Source: Actinomycetota bacterium
GTDB taxonomy: Bacteria > Actinomycetota > Acidimicrobiia > Acidimicrobiales > CADCSY01
Direction: 5' to 3'
DNA length: 53,833 nt
NCBI GenBank assembly: GCA_019347915.1
Contig: JAHWKL010000003.1
Location: 1-53,833 of the forward strand
Shown here: piece after piece, positions 25,965 through 36,003 of the stretch
How positions within the stretch are numbered: the stretch's first letter is position 1
Layout of the letters: each line of letters begins with the position of its first letter
Notes under the pieces: generated by a model
Database searches by the model: none
Told to the model about the DNA's origin: nothing
Seen by the model: the letters and a program-made list of their open reading frames with translations, nothing else
Position numbers and translations under genes: made by a program

Positions 25965-27349
25965 CTTCCGCCCGCCGGGCCAGCGAGGTGACGCTCGAAC
26001 CAGGAGCGGGCCAGGGAGGCCACCTGTTCGAGGGTCCCCGACTCCTCGAACAGGTGGCCGGCACCGGGCACCACCTCCAGCCGGCGCTCACCGCCGACGC
26101 CCTCGACGCCGGTCAGCTGGTCCAGGGCCTGCCGGTTGAGCTCCAGGACCTCGGTGTCGAGCGAGCCCACGATGAGGAGGGTCGGGGCCCGGACCGAGGG
26201 CAGCGCCGGGCCGGCGAGGTCGGGACGTCCACCCCGGGAGACCACCGCCGCCACCGTCGCCGGCCGGCGGACGGCGGCGACCAGCGCGGCGGCGGCACCG
26301 GTGCTGGCCCCGAACAGGCCGACGGGGAGCGCCGCCGTGCGTTCGTCGGCCGCCAGCCAGTCGGCCAGGGCGGCCAGGCGGTCGGCCAGCAGGCCGATGT
26401 CGAAGCGCAGATGGCGTGTGCGCCGGTCGAGCTGTTCCTCGTCGGCGGTGAGCAGGTCGGCCAGCAGTGTGGCCAGGCCCGCCTCCTGCAGGACGGCCGC
26501 GACCTGCCGGTTGCGGGGGCTGTGCCGGCTGCTGCCGCTGCCGTGGGCGAACAGCACCACGCCCCTGGCCTGGCGGGGCACCACCAGAGCGGCCGGCAGG
26601 GCCACCCCCGGGTCCGCCTCGCCGAGGGGGATGGTCAGCTCCTGGGCCGCCATGCCGGTCGCCCACGAGGCATCGAGCAGGCGGCGGACCTCGTCGTCGG
26701 TGGTCTGGGAGAAGTCCAGGTAGGACAGGCCGACGGCGCGGAAGGGGCTGGGTGTAGCCGCGGCGACGACCTCGTCGACCTCCTCGGCCAGCTGGTCGCA
26801 CGTCGGCCTCGCCGCCGCCGGTACGGCGACGACGATGCGGCTCGGTCGGTGGCGCCGCAAGGCGGCCACCGCCGCCCGCATGGTGGCGCCGGTGGCCAGC
26901 CCGTCGTCGACCAGGATCACCACCTTGCCGGCGACGTCCGGCGGGGGCCGGCCCTGGCGGTAGCGCTGCTCCCGGCGGTCCAGCTCCTCTTGCTCGCGCC
27001 GGGCCACGGCGTCGATCGTGCCCTCCTCGATACCGAGGCCGGCCAGGGCCACGTCGTTGATCACCCGCACGCCCCCGCTGGCGATGGCACCCATGGCCAG
27101 CTCCTCGTGGCCGGGGACGCCGAGCTTGCGCACGACGAACACATCGAGGGGCGCCTGCAAGGCCCGCGCCACCTCGTGGCCCACGGGAACCCCCCCACGG
27201 GGCAGGGCCAGCACGATCACGTCCGGCCGCCCGGCGTAGTGCCGGAGCCGCTCCGCCAGCACCTGGCCGGCGTGGGCCCGGTCGCGGTAGGGGAACTCCT
27301 CGGGCTGGCGCACCCGCGCGACGTACCCGGCGTGGCGACGGGGTGACAC
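25961..27349 (-). CDS. phosphoribosyltransferase domain fused to dienelactone-hydrolase-like alpha/beta hydrolase
   Basis: [32 protein letters not shown] (PRPP loop), then [16 protein letters not shown] and the C-terminal ...[11 protein letters not shown]. Confidence 0.8.
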   Translation of the reverse strand: MSPRRHAGYVARVRQPEEFPYRDRAHAGQVLAERLRHYAGRPDVIVLALPRGGVPVGHEVARALQAPLDVFVVRKLGVPGHEELAMGAIASGGVRVINDVALAGLGIEEGTIDAVARREQEELDRREQRYRQGRPPPDVAGKVVILVDDGLATGATMRAAVAALRRHRPSRIVVAVPAAARPTCDQLAEEVDEVVAAATPSPFRAVGLSYLDFSQTTDDEVRRLLDASWATGMAAQELTIPLGEADPGVALPAALVVPRQARGVVLFAHGSGSSRHSPRNRQVAAVLQEAGLATLLADLLTADEEQLDRRTRHLRFDIGLLADRLAALADWLAADERTAALPVGLFGASTGAAAALVAAVRRPATVAAVVSRGGRPDLAGPALPSVRAPTLLIVGSLDTEVLELNRQALDQLTGVEGVGGERRLEVVPGAGHLFEESGTLEQVASLARSWFERHLAGPAGGS

Positions 27350-27361
27350 CCGCCGGCCCGC

Positions 27362-27640
27362 TCAGGCAGCCAGGCGGGCCTTCAACTCCTCCTGGTACTC
27401 AGGGAAGTACCGGGGGATGTCGTCCAGTGAGAACTCGGGGAGGATGCTCGACGCCGGCTCCCGTTCGAGGAGGAACTCCATCGACTCCCGTACGACGACC
27501 TCGGGATCGACGTCGCCGACGCCGAGATCGTCGAGCAGCGTCTCGGGTACGCGCACCTCGTGGCTGGTCGTGTCGGGCCCCTCGCTGAGCTGGACGCCGA
27601 ACCGTCCGGGGCCCATGGCAGTGATGTTGATCTGGCTCAC
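27362..27640 (-). CDS. hypothetical protein, 92 aa
   Basis: GTG 27640. Acidic, non-junk sequence. Its stop is 12 nt upstream of the PRTase fusion start, so probably co-transcribed. Confidence 0.5.
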   Translation of the reverse strand: MSQINITAMGPGRFGVQLSEGPDTTSHEVRVPETLLDDLGVGDVDPEVVVRESMEFLLEREPASSILPEFSLDDIPRYFPEYQEELKARLAA

Positions 27641-27755
27641 TCTTGGCCTGTGCCCCGGGCCTCCCCCCGGTCAAACACCCTGCGGTACCTTTGCCCGAAC
27701 CCTGCTCGTGCCGCTCAGGTGGCGGCACCCACCCCCTTCCCCCCGGAGGTCCTTC

Positions 27756-28364
27756 ATGCGCCGTCTCAGCTCCATCGCGGTCGCCACTGTGCTCGCCGTC
27801 CTCCCGGTGGCGTGCGGTGGGGACGACGGAGGCGACAACGCCGAGCACGGCGCCGAGCACGGGGAGCCGTCGAGTGCCGCTGCGTTCAACGACAGCGACG
27901 TCGCCTTCGCCCGCGGCATGATCCCCCACCACGCCCAGGCGGTGGACATGGCCGACCTGGCCGAGGAGCGGGCCGCCGGCCCCGAGGTCCGCGACCTGGC
28001 CGAGCGGATCCGAGACGCCCAGCAGCCGGAGATCGACCTCATGGAGGGTTGGCTGGACGACTGGGGCCACCCCATGGACTTTGGCTACAACATGGACATG
28101 GACGACATGGACATGGACGGCATGGACATGGAGGACATGGGGATGGTGAGCGAGGAGGACATGGACCGGCTCGAATCGGCATCGGGCGCCGAGTTCGATC
28201 GCCTGTTCCTGACCTCGATGCGCGAGCACCACCTCGGCGCGGTGGCCATGGCCGAGGAGGAGCTGCGCAGCGGGGAGTCCCCGGAGGCCAAGGAGCTGGC
28301 CCAGGAGATCATCGACACGCAGCGCGCCGAGATCGAGGAGATCGACGCCCTCCTCGCCGCCTGA
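27756..28364 (+). CDS. DUF305 family lipoprotein with Met/Asp-rich insert
   Basis: ATG 27756 follows CGGAGG. Signal plus lipobox LPVACGG. Two DUF305 half-motifs (GMIPHHAQAVDMA and SMREHHLGAVAMA). Insert: MDFGYNMDMDDMDMDGMDMEDMGM. Confidence 0.8.
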   Translation: MRRLSSIAVATVLAVLPVACGGDDGGDNAEHGAEHGEPSSAAAFNDSDVAFARGMIPHHAQAVDMADLAEERAAGPEVRDLAERIRDAQQPEIDLMEGWLDDWGHPMDFGYNMDMDDMDMDGMDMEDMGMVSEEDMDRLESASGAEFDRLFLTSMREHHLGAVAMAEEELRSGESPEAKELAQEIIDTQRAEIEEIDALLAA

Positions 28365-28367
28365 GGA

Positions 28368-28451
28368 CCCGACGCAGAACTACTTGCGGGTCCGCAGGCC
28401 CTTCCACCTGCGAGGTTCCTCACTAGATCGGGCAAGTAGTTCTGCGCCGGG
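28368..28451. repeat. 84-nt element bounded by 20-bp inverted repeats (19/20), flanked by 11-bp direct repeats
   Basis: CCCGACGCAGAACTACTTGC (28368-28387) versus GCAAGTAGTTCTGCGCCGGG (28432-28451). CCTGAGGACCC occurs at 28360-28370 and 28453-28463. It lies between convergent genes. Confidence 0.6.
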
Positions 28452-28474
28452 CCCTGAGGACCCTCGGGGGACGA

Positions 28475-28927
28475 TCAGCGCCGACGTGTCCTCGTGGCGG
28501 AGTCCTGTCCCTCGCCGACGTGGAAGACCACGGCCAGGTAGGCAGCGAGGCAGACGAGGAAGATCAAGAACCAGGTCACGTTGCGGCCGGGCACGAAGTG
28601 ACTGCTGATGTGCCCGAGGAACACCTCCATCCACCGCTCGTGGGCGACGCCGGCGTTGAAGAGCACGTCCGGGAGCATGGCGAAGAGGTGGCCGCTCAGC
28701 AGCCACACCAATGGCAGGGGAACGGCCCTGCGGGTACGCAGCGCCACGCCGGCCATGGCCAACAACGCCGCCGAGGTGCCGACGAAGAAGTGGGTGAACC
28801 AGTGGAACTTGGCGTCGTGACCCTGGTACGAGGTGAAGAGCGCCACTTCCACGACGACAGCCATCAGGCACCACAGACACAGCCTGAGCCCCTTGCGGTC
28901 GTCGGTGCCGGAGCGACGCCCGGTCAC
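28475..28927 (-). CDS. His-rich polytopic membrane protein, unknown family
   Basis: About 4 TM segments with conserved-looking His (GHDAKFHWFTHFF, SGHLF, AHERW, GHISSHF). The ATGA at 28924-28927 overlaps the upstream redoxin-like gene. The start could instead be 28864. Confidence 0.55.
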   Translation of the reverse strand: MTGRRSGTDDRKGLRLCLWCLMAVVVEVALFTSYQGHDAKFHWFTHFFVGTSAALLAMAGVALRTRRAVPLPLVWLLSGHLFAMLPDVLFNAGVAHERWMEVFLGHISSHFVPGRNVTWFLIFLVCLAAYLAVVFHVGEGQDSATRTRRR

Positions 28928-29532
28928 GACACCGCCCGGAGCATGGTCGAGACCTCGCCGAGGAGCGAAGCAACCTCCGGGTCGAGGGTGCGGTACCGGA
29001 TGTGGCCGGCAGCGTCCACCACCGCGTAACCGACCGGCGGTCCGCCGTCGCGGGGCGTCGGCAACCCGTAGCGTTCGGCCAACTCGGCCTCCCGGTCATC
29101 AACGACGGTGATGCCCTGCGGGCACCGCCCTCCCCCTTCTTGCAGCACCACGGCCATGTCGACCACCGGGCCCGGACGAAAGCCGGAGAGCGCCTGGCAC
29201 AGCGGGCCCAGCTGCCCGGCGCGCACGAAGAAGACCACGGCGCGACGCCCGGGAGCCGGGATGCCGCCGGTGACCTCGGGCGCCGGGACGGGCAGCGCAC
29301 CGTCGTCGAGGTAACCCGGGCGCTGCCGTGCCGGGTCGGGATCGTCGAGCGGCCCCGTCGCCGCACGCGACAGTGCCAGCAGGACGCCCGTGGTCACCGC
29401 CACGACCAGCCACACGGCGACGAGCGCCCGCCGGCGCCGTAGGTGGGCGGGAGGGGCCAAGAGCCCATGCTGGCCCGCGCCGTGGCCGGAGCCAAGTCCT
29501 CGGCTCCCCGACATGGTGGGGCCGGACCTCAT
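28924..29532 (-). CDS. membrane-anchored thioredoxin-fold (TlpA/redoxin-like) protein lacking an obvious CxxC
   Basis: ATG 29532 follows GGGAGA. TM anchor ALVAVWLVVAVTTGVLLAL. AVVFFVRAG...C...VVDAAGHIRY resembles a redoxin fold. Family call is tentative. Confidence 0.5.
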   Translation of the reverse strand: MRSGPTMSGSRGLGSGHGAGQHGLLAPPAHLRRRRALVAVWLVVAVTTGVLLALSRAATGPLDDPDPARQRPGYLDDGALPVPAPEVTGGIPAPGRRAVVFFVRAGQLGPLCQALSGFRPGPVVDMAVVLQEGGGRCPQGITVVDDREAELAERYGLPTPRDGGPPVGYAVVDAAGHIRYRTLDPEVASLLGEVSTMLRAVS

Positions 29533-29640
29533 GGGGGAAATCTCCCATTTGGACTTGGCCGCCCCATCCGCCACCGTGCTCGTCGCCGTACTGAGGACGC
29601 AGGTGCCTGATGGAGGCACCCCGGTTTCCCGGGAGGGCCA

Positions 29641-29874
29641 ATGTCATTGACGAGACGAGTCACCGTCACGCTGGGCACACTGGTGGTCACCGCCGGTCTC
29701 ACCGCCACGCCCGCTTTCGCCGCTCACGCCGGCCAGTACCGGGCCACCTCGCCCGGCAACGGTGCCTGCCACGACACCGGACCGCGCGGTTCCACGTCCC
29801 CCGAGCCCGCTTCCAAGGGCCTGGCCGTCGCCGCCGAGCACAGCCAGACCATCAGTCCCTTCGCCTGCCCGTAA
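29641..29874 (+). CDS. small secreted protein, 77 aa, two Cys
   Basis: GGGAGGG upstream of ATG 29641. Signal peptide ...TATPAFA-AH. The mature protein is about 50 aa with ACHD and FACP. Confidence 0.5.
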   Translation: MSLTRRVTVTLGTLVVTAGLTATPAFAAHAGQYRATSPGNGACHDTGPRGSTSPEPASKGLAVAAEHSQTISPFACP

Positions 29875-29877
29875 CTC

Positions 29878-29906
29878 GGCGCCGGTCGCCTGATCCTGCC
29901 GGCGCC
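29878..29906 (+). terminator. GC hairpin after the small secreted protein gene
   Basis: GGCGCCGG (29878-29885) pairs with CCGGCGCC (29899-29906) around a 13-nt loop. No U-tract. Confidence 0.35.
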
Positions 29907-29954
29907 ACGTCGGCGCGCCGCAGTGTCGCTGTTCGGGAGTAGGGTCCCGCCTCG

Positions 29955-30950
29955 GTGAGGATGGACGAGCTGAGGCCCCTGCGAGTGGGCGAGGTCCTCG
30001 ACGTCGCCCTCAAGATCTACCGCGAGCGCTTCGGGACCCTGGTGCGGGCGGTGGCCGTGGTGGTGATCCCCGTCGCCGTGGTGATCGCCCTGGTGCAGAT
30101 CTCCATTCCCGATCCCACGACCGGCGCCGGAGGCGATCCGTTCGCCCCGTTCGACCCGGGAGCCGACCCGTTCGCACCGGACGCCGAATCCGTCGAACCG
30201 GAAGTGGACCCCTTCGCCGGCGTCGACGGCGACGCCCTCACCGGATGGGTGGCCGGGAGTGTCGTCGTCGGCCTGCTCGGCTTGCTGGCGACGGCCTTGG
30301 CGATCGCCGCGTGCTTCGCCATCGTCAGCGCCACCTACCTCGACCGGGAGGTGACGTGGCGAGAGTCGCTGGGCTTCGCCACCAGCCGCCTCCGGTCGTT
30401 GATCTGGTTGTACATCGTCTACTTCACGCTGCTGGTGCTGGCCTTCCTTGCCCTCATCGTGCCCGGGGTGTACCTGTCAGTGGCCTGGGCAGTGGCGGTG
30501 CCGGTGCTGCTGTTCGAGGACATCCGGGGTCGCAAGGCCCTCGGCCGCTCCCGAGCGCTGCTGAAGGGCCGGTGGTGGGCGACGGCAGCCGTGCTGTTCT
30601 TGGTGGCCATCCTCACCTTCGTCGTCCAGTTCGCCATCGACGGCGTGCTGATGGGTGTGTTCGCCGTCGGAGGCGGGGAGATCGTCGACGCCGTCGCCGG
30701 CGGGCTGGCCAGTGTCGTGTCGAACATGCTCACCATCCCGTTCGCGGCGGCGGCGACCGCGGTGCTGTACTTCGACGCCCTGGTCCGCAAGGAGGCGTTC
30801 GACTTGGCCCAGCTGGCCGAGGCGGTGGAGTCCCCGCCAACCGCTGATGACCGGGGGTGGCCGCCGGGCGGCCCCGCGTCCGGGTCACCGCCCGCCGGGG
30901 AGGCGCCACCGTCCTGGCCCCCGCCCCCGGACTGGCGCCCCTCGGGGTGA
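29955..30950 (+). CDS. polytopic membrane protein (resembles the GPDPase_memb-type membrane domain) with Pro-rich tail
   Basis: LRVGEVLDVALKIYRERFGTLV then about 6 TM segments. First gene of the MoxR cluster. Confidence 0.65.
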   Translation: MRMDELRPLRVGEVLDVALKIYRERFGTLVRAVAVVVIPVAVVIALVQISIPDPTTGAGGDPFAPFDPGADPFAPDAESVEPEVDPFAGVDGDALTGWVAGSVVVGLLGLLATALAIAACFAIVSATYLDREVTWRESLGFATSRLRSLIWLYIVYFTLLVLAFLALIVPGVYLSVAWAVAVPVLLFEDIRGRKALGRSRALLKGRWWATAAVLFLVAILTFVVQFAIDGVLMGVFAVGGGEIVDAVAGGLASVVSNMLTIPFAAAATAVLYFDALVRKEAFDLAQLAEAVESPPTADDRGWPPGGPASGSPPAGEAPPSWPPPPDWRPSG

Positions 30951-31804
30951 GGCGGACGCCGGCCGGGCTGGCGCTGGCCCTGCTCCTGCTGACCGTGATC
31001 ACCGGCTCCGCCACCACGGCGGCGGCCGAGGCTGTCGGCGGTGAGCGGTTCTCGGAGCTGGTCGACCGGGCGGCGGACGGCGACGGCGCCGCCCTGGCCG
31101 AACTACGGCGGGTCGACCGGGTCGACGGCCGGCCGGTCGACATGGCCACCGCCCTGGCCGACCGGCCCCAGGAGCGACTACCCGCCCTGCGGGGCCAGAC
31201 CCGGCAGGCGGGCGCCGACCCCGATGCCGCCCGGCGGTCCGCCCAGGAGATCCTCGACCGCCGTGCCTTCCACCCTCCGGAGGTCCCCCGGCCCCTGGAA
31301 GGGGCCCTGCGCCGACTCGGGCAGTGGCTGGAACCGCTCGGCCGGCCCCTGGGCGCCGCCTTCCGGTGGCTCACGGCCGAGCCGGAGCGCTTCCTCCCTC
31401 TGGCGGTGGGGGTGGTGCTGGGTGCGGCGGTGGTGGCGCTGATGGTCGGGCGCCGACGGATGCCGCTCGGTGCCGGTCCGGGCGGTCGGCATCTGGCGAG
31501 CCGCAGCGAGGACCCGGTGCAACTGGAACGCAGCGCCGACGAAGCCGAGCGGGCCGGCGATCTGGCCCTGGCCGTGCGCCTGCGGTTCCGGGCCGGCCTG
31601 GTGCGGCTCGACCGCGCCGGTGCGCTGCGGCTGCGCCCGTCCCTGACCACGGGCGCCGTCACCCGCGCCGTGCCGTCCGAGACGCTGGTCCGCCTGGCCA
31701 CCGACTTCGACGAGATCGCCTACGGGGGCCGGCCGGCGGCGCCCGGCGACGTGGCCGCCTCGCGCACCGGCTGGTCCCGGGTGCTGGCCGAGGCCCGGCG
31801 GTGA
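30947..31804 (+). CDS. DUF4129 domain protein
   Basis: GTG 30947 overlaps the upstream TGA (GTGA). Signal/TM segment, then AQEILDRRAF... and the C-terminal LTTGAVTRAV...FDEIAYGGRP pattern. Confidence 0.7.
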   Translation: MRRTPAGLALALLLLTVITGSATTAAAEAVGGERFSELVDRAADGDGAALAELRRVDRVDGRPVDMATALADRPQERLPALRGQTRQAGADPDAARRSAQEILDRRAFHPPEVPRPLEGALRRLGQWLEPLGRPLGAAFRWLTAEPERFLPLAVGVVLGAAVVALMVGRRRMPLGAGPGGRHLASRSEDPVQLERSADEAERAGDLALAVRLRFRAGLVRLDRAGALRLRPSLTTGAVTRAVPSETLVRLATDFDEIAYGGRPAAPGDVAASRTGWSRVLAEARR

Positions 31805-32904
31805 TCGCCGCCTGGCGCCGGCTCGGCACCGGCGCCCGCATCGCCGTGGTCCTCGGAGCCGCCGTCCTGGCCGTCAACATCGCCCTCGCCGGTGTCGACG
31901 CCGTGGTGGGCAAGGAGCCGTCGGGCCCGACCTCGTCCTCCTACGCCACCGCCCCCGAGGGCACCGCCGCCTGGGCCGGGCTCCTCGCCGAGAACGGGCA
32001 CCCTGTACGCCGATTGCGCCAAGCCCTCCACGAAGCCGAGCTCGACCCCGGTGCGACGCTGGTGATCGCCGATCCTTCCCGACTGGCGCCCGCCGAGATC
32101 GACGCCGCCGAGGCGTTCGTACGCAGCGGGGGACGGCTCATCGCCACCGGCGGGGCCTCCCTGCCCGCCGCCACCCGCGTGATCCCAGACCTCCGCTGGC
32201 GACCATCGGGGCCGGAGCGGGCGCGGGCGCTGGTGCCGGTGCCCGAAGTGGCTGGCGTCGGGGAGGTCACCACCGCCGGAGCCGGTGCGTTCACCGACGC
32301 CGGCGCCGGCCTGCCCATCCTGGCCGGAGAGAACGAGGGTGACGTCCTCGGCGTCGTCGCCGCCGCCGGTGACGGACGGGTGGTGGCCTTGGCCGACACC
32401 TCGCCGCTGCGCAATCGCCGGCTGGCGGACGCCGACAACGCTGCCTTCGGGCTGGCCGTGGTGGGACCGCCGGGGCGTTCGGTCATGTTCGCCGAGGCGG
32501 CCCACGGCTACGGGGACGACGGCGGGCAGGCACTGGCGATCACCCTCCCCGCCCGGGCCACCGGCGGCCTCATCGCCGCCGCCGTGGCCGCGGCGGTGTG
32601 GATGTGGTCCAAGGGACGTCGCTTCGGCCCTCCCGAGGATCGCCAGCGGCCGCTGCCGCCGCCCCGGCGGGCCTACGTGGACGCCCTGGCCGCCACGTCC
32701 GCTCTGGCCCGGCGGCCGGACGAGGCGGTGGCGCCACTGCGGCAGCGAGCGGCGGCCCGCCTCGACGCCGGCGCCGGCACGTTGCTGACCGCCGAGGAGC
32801 GGGAGCTGCTCCGCCGGCCGGTCACGAGTGATCAGGAGCTGCTCGAACTGGGGCGCGTCGTCGCCCACCTGGAGCGGGGCACGATGTCGACCAAGGAGGG
32901 CTAG
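31801..32904 (+). CDS. DUF4350 domain protein
   Basis: GTG 31801 overlaps the upstream TGA. N-terminal TM. SSYATAPEGTAAWAGLLAENGHPV is typical of DUF4350. Confidence 0.7.
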   Translation: MIAAWRRLGTGARIAVVLGAAVLAVNIALAGVDAVVGKEPSGPTSSSYATAPEGTAAWAGLLAENGHPVRRLRQALHEAELDPGATLVIADPSRLAPAEIDAAEAFVRSGGRLIATGGASLPAATRVIPDLRWRPSGPERARALVPVPEVAGVGEVTTAGAGAFTDAGAGLPILAGENEGDVLGVVAAAGDGRVVALADTSPLRNRRLADADNAAFGLAVVGPPGRSVMFAEAAHGYGDDGGQALAITLPARATGGLIAAAVAAAVWMWSKGRRFGPPEDRQRPLPPPRRAYVDALAATSALARRPDEAVAPLRQRAAARLDAGAGTLLTAEERELLRRPVTSDQELLELGRVVAHLERGTMSTKEG

Positions 32905-33833
<929 letters not shown>

Positions 33834-33837
<4 letters not shown>

Positions 33838-35084
33838 GCCCGGCGCCCCGGGCGGTCCTGGCCGCGGCGGTGCTCGCCGTGCTGGCCTGGTTCCTGCCCG
33901 CCGGCGCCATCGTCCTGGCCGGGCTCGCCCTGGCCGGCGCGGTGGTGGCCGACGCCTGGTCGGTGCGCCGGCCGCCGGCGGTCGAGCGGTCGGTCCCCCG
34001 GGCGCTCTCCCGGGGGGTGGCCGCTCCCCTGATCGTCACTCCGGCCGCCGGCGGCAGAGGCCGGGCCCGCATCCGCCAGCCCGTCCCGCCGGCGCTGGCG
34101 GTGGAGCCCGACGAGGCTGACGACCACCTCGACGCGGTGATCCGGCCCCGGCACCGAGGCCGCCACGTCCTGCCCCCGGTGGCGCTCCGCCTGACCGGCC
34201 CGCTGGGCCTGGGGCGATGGGACCACCGTGTCGGCGGGGACCACGGTGTGGTCGTGTACCCGGATCTCCCGGCCGCCCGGGCGCTGGCCGTCACCGTCCG
34301 CTCGGGGATGGCCCGTGACCTGGCCCAGCTCACCCGGGGCGCCCTGGGGCTGGGTACCGAGCTGGAGCGGGTGCGCGACTACCTGCCCGACGACGAGCTG
34401 CGCCAGGTCAACTGGAAGGCCACCGCCCGCCTCGGCCGGCCCATGAGCAACGAGTACCGGCTCGACGAGGATCGCGACGTCATCTGCGTGGTCGACGCCG
34501 GACGGCTCATGGCGGCGCCACTCGGTGCCGACCGCACTCGGCTCGACGCCGCCCTCGACGCCGCCGCCGCCGTCGCCATGGTGGCCGATGCGGTGGGTGA
34601 CCGGTGCGGGACGGCGGCCTTCGACGCCGCCGTCCGCCGCCTGGTCCGGCCTCGGCGGGCCGGCGGGCGACCGGTGCTCGACGCGCTGTTCGACCTGGAG
34701 CCGGCACAGGCCGACAGCGACTACGCCGCCGCCTTCCACGCCGTGGGCGGGGGCAAACGGGCCTGCGTCGTGGTCCTCACCGACCTCGTCGACGAGGCCG
34801 CCGCCCGCTCGCTGGTCGACGCCGTGCCCGTCCTGGCCCGCCGGCACGCCGTCGTGGTCGCCACCGCCACCGACTCCGACCTGGTCGGGCTCCTCGCCAC
34901 CGAGCCGGCAACGCCGCTGCAGGTCCACGCCGCGGCGGTGGCCGCCGAGGTCCTGGACGCCCGCGCCCGGGCGGCGACCCGGCTCCGGCGCTCCGGGGCC
35001 GTGGTGGTCGAGGCACCGGCGGCCCGGCTGGGCCGCGTGTGCGTGTCGGCCTACCTGTCCCTCAAGGCGCGGGCTCGGCTGTGA
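33834..35084 (+). CDS. DUF58 (VWA-like) protein, MoxR partner
   Basis: GTG 33834 overlaps the MoxR TGA. VRDYLPDDELRQVNWKATARLGRP signature, two N-terminal TM segments. Confidence 0.85.
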
Positions 35085-36000
35085 CCGCTCCCTGGCGGAA
35101 GACCAGCACCCAGTAGAGGGCCCCGAGACCGAACCCCACCACCAGGGCCACGGCCAGTCCCCCGCCGGCGCCGGTCACGAAGCCCTCGACCAGGCCGGCC
35201 AGCACCAGCCACGGGGCGGTGCCCAGGGCCAGCTCGGCGGCGGCCCGTGCCTCGGTCACCAAGGCGTCGGACCGCCGGCGCCGCCCGGGGTCGATCAGGG
35301 CCAACCCCACGCGCAGCCCGGCGGCGCCGGCCACCACGATGCACGAGAGCTCGAGCACCCCGTGGGGGACGACCAACTCGGTGAAGACCCGGCCGTTGCC
35401 GACGACGACAGCGACGCCCCCCAGCACGCCGATCAGCACTCCGTTCGTGACCAGGATCAGCGCGGTGAGCACGCCGGCGGTGATACCTCCGGCGAAGGCC
35501 AGGAACGTGACCTGGATGTTGTTGGTGAGGATGTCCGCCGACATGGCCGCCGAGGCCCCCCCGGGAAGCCCGAGATCGGCGTTCGTCGCCATCCCCGGCG
35601 CCAAGGCGGCCAGCGCCGGCTCGGAGGCGCCCCAGGCGCCGGCGACGACCATGGGGGCGAAGAGCAGGACCGCCGACACCCACAACGGCCCCGGCCGCTC
35701 CCGCACCCGGCGCCAGTAGCCCCGGAGCAAGAAGCTGCGCAGTGACCCCCGGCGCGACGCTCGCCCGTAGACGGCGAGCCGGGCCCGGCCCACCAGGGCC
35801 TCGAGCCGGGCCCGCTCCGGCTCCGCCGGCCAGCGGCGACGGACGGTGGCCAGATCGGCGGCCGCCGCCCGGTACAAGCCACCGAGGCGGCGCAGGCGCG
35901 TCGGGCCGAGCCGCTCGGGATGGCCGCGGGCGGCGTCGAGCAGCTGTCCCAGCTCATTCCACTCGCGGGAACGCTCGGCCACGAACCGGTCTACCGTCAC
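35062..36000 (-). CDS. stage II sporulation protein M-like (SpoIIM/DUF95) membrane protein
   Basis: GTG 36000 gives VTVDRFVAERSREWNELGQLL. Conserved PHGVLELSCIVVAGAAG. The track ORF to 36519 extends through junk. Confidence 0.75.
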   Translation of the reverse strand: MTVDRFVAERSREWNELGQLLDAARGHPERLGPTRLRRLGGLYRAAAADLATVRRRWPAEPERARLEALVGRARLAVYGRASRRGSLRSFLLRGYWRRVRERPGPLWVSAVLLFAPMVVAGAWGASEPALAALAPGMATNADLGLPGGASAAMSADILTNNIQVTFLAFAGGITAGVLTALILVTNGVLIGVLGGVAVVVGNGRVFTELVVPHGVLELSCIVVAGAAGLRVGLALIDPGRRRRSDALVTEARAAAELALGTAPWLVLAGLVEGFVTGAGGGLAVALVVGFGLGALYWVLVFRQGAVTAEPAP

Positions 36001-36003
36001 GGG

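Noticed and set aside
24980-27346. 788-aa ORF on the plus strand, plus 23630..25732 (-) at 700 aa
   Set aside because: They are alternative frames over the YbdK-like ligase and the PRTase fusion genes. No motifs, and extreme Arg/Gly/Pro content.
27641-27755. Possible CsoR-type operator between the 92-aa gene and the DUF305 gene (ACCCTGCGGTACC)
   Set aside because: The dyad symmetry is only partial, and it does not match the remembered TACCC-N-GGGTA pattern well enough to claim.
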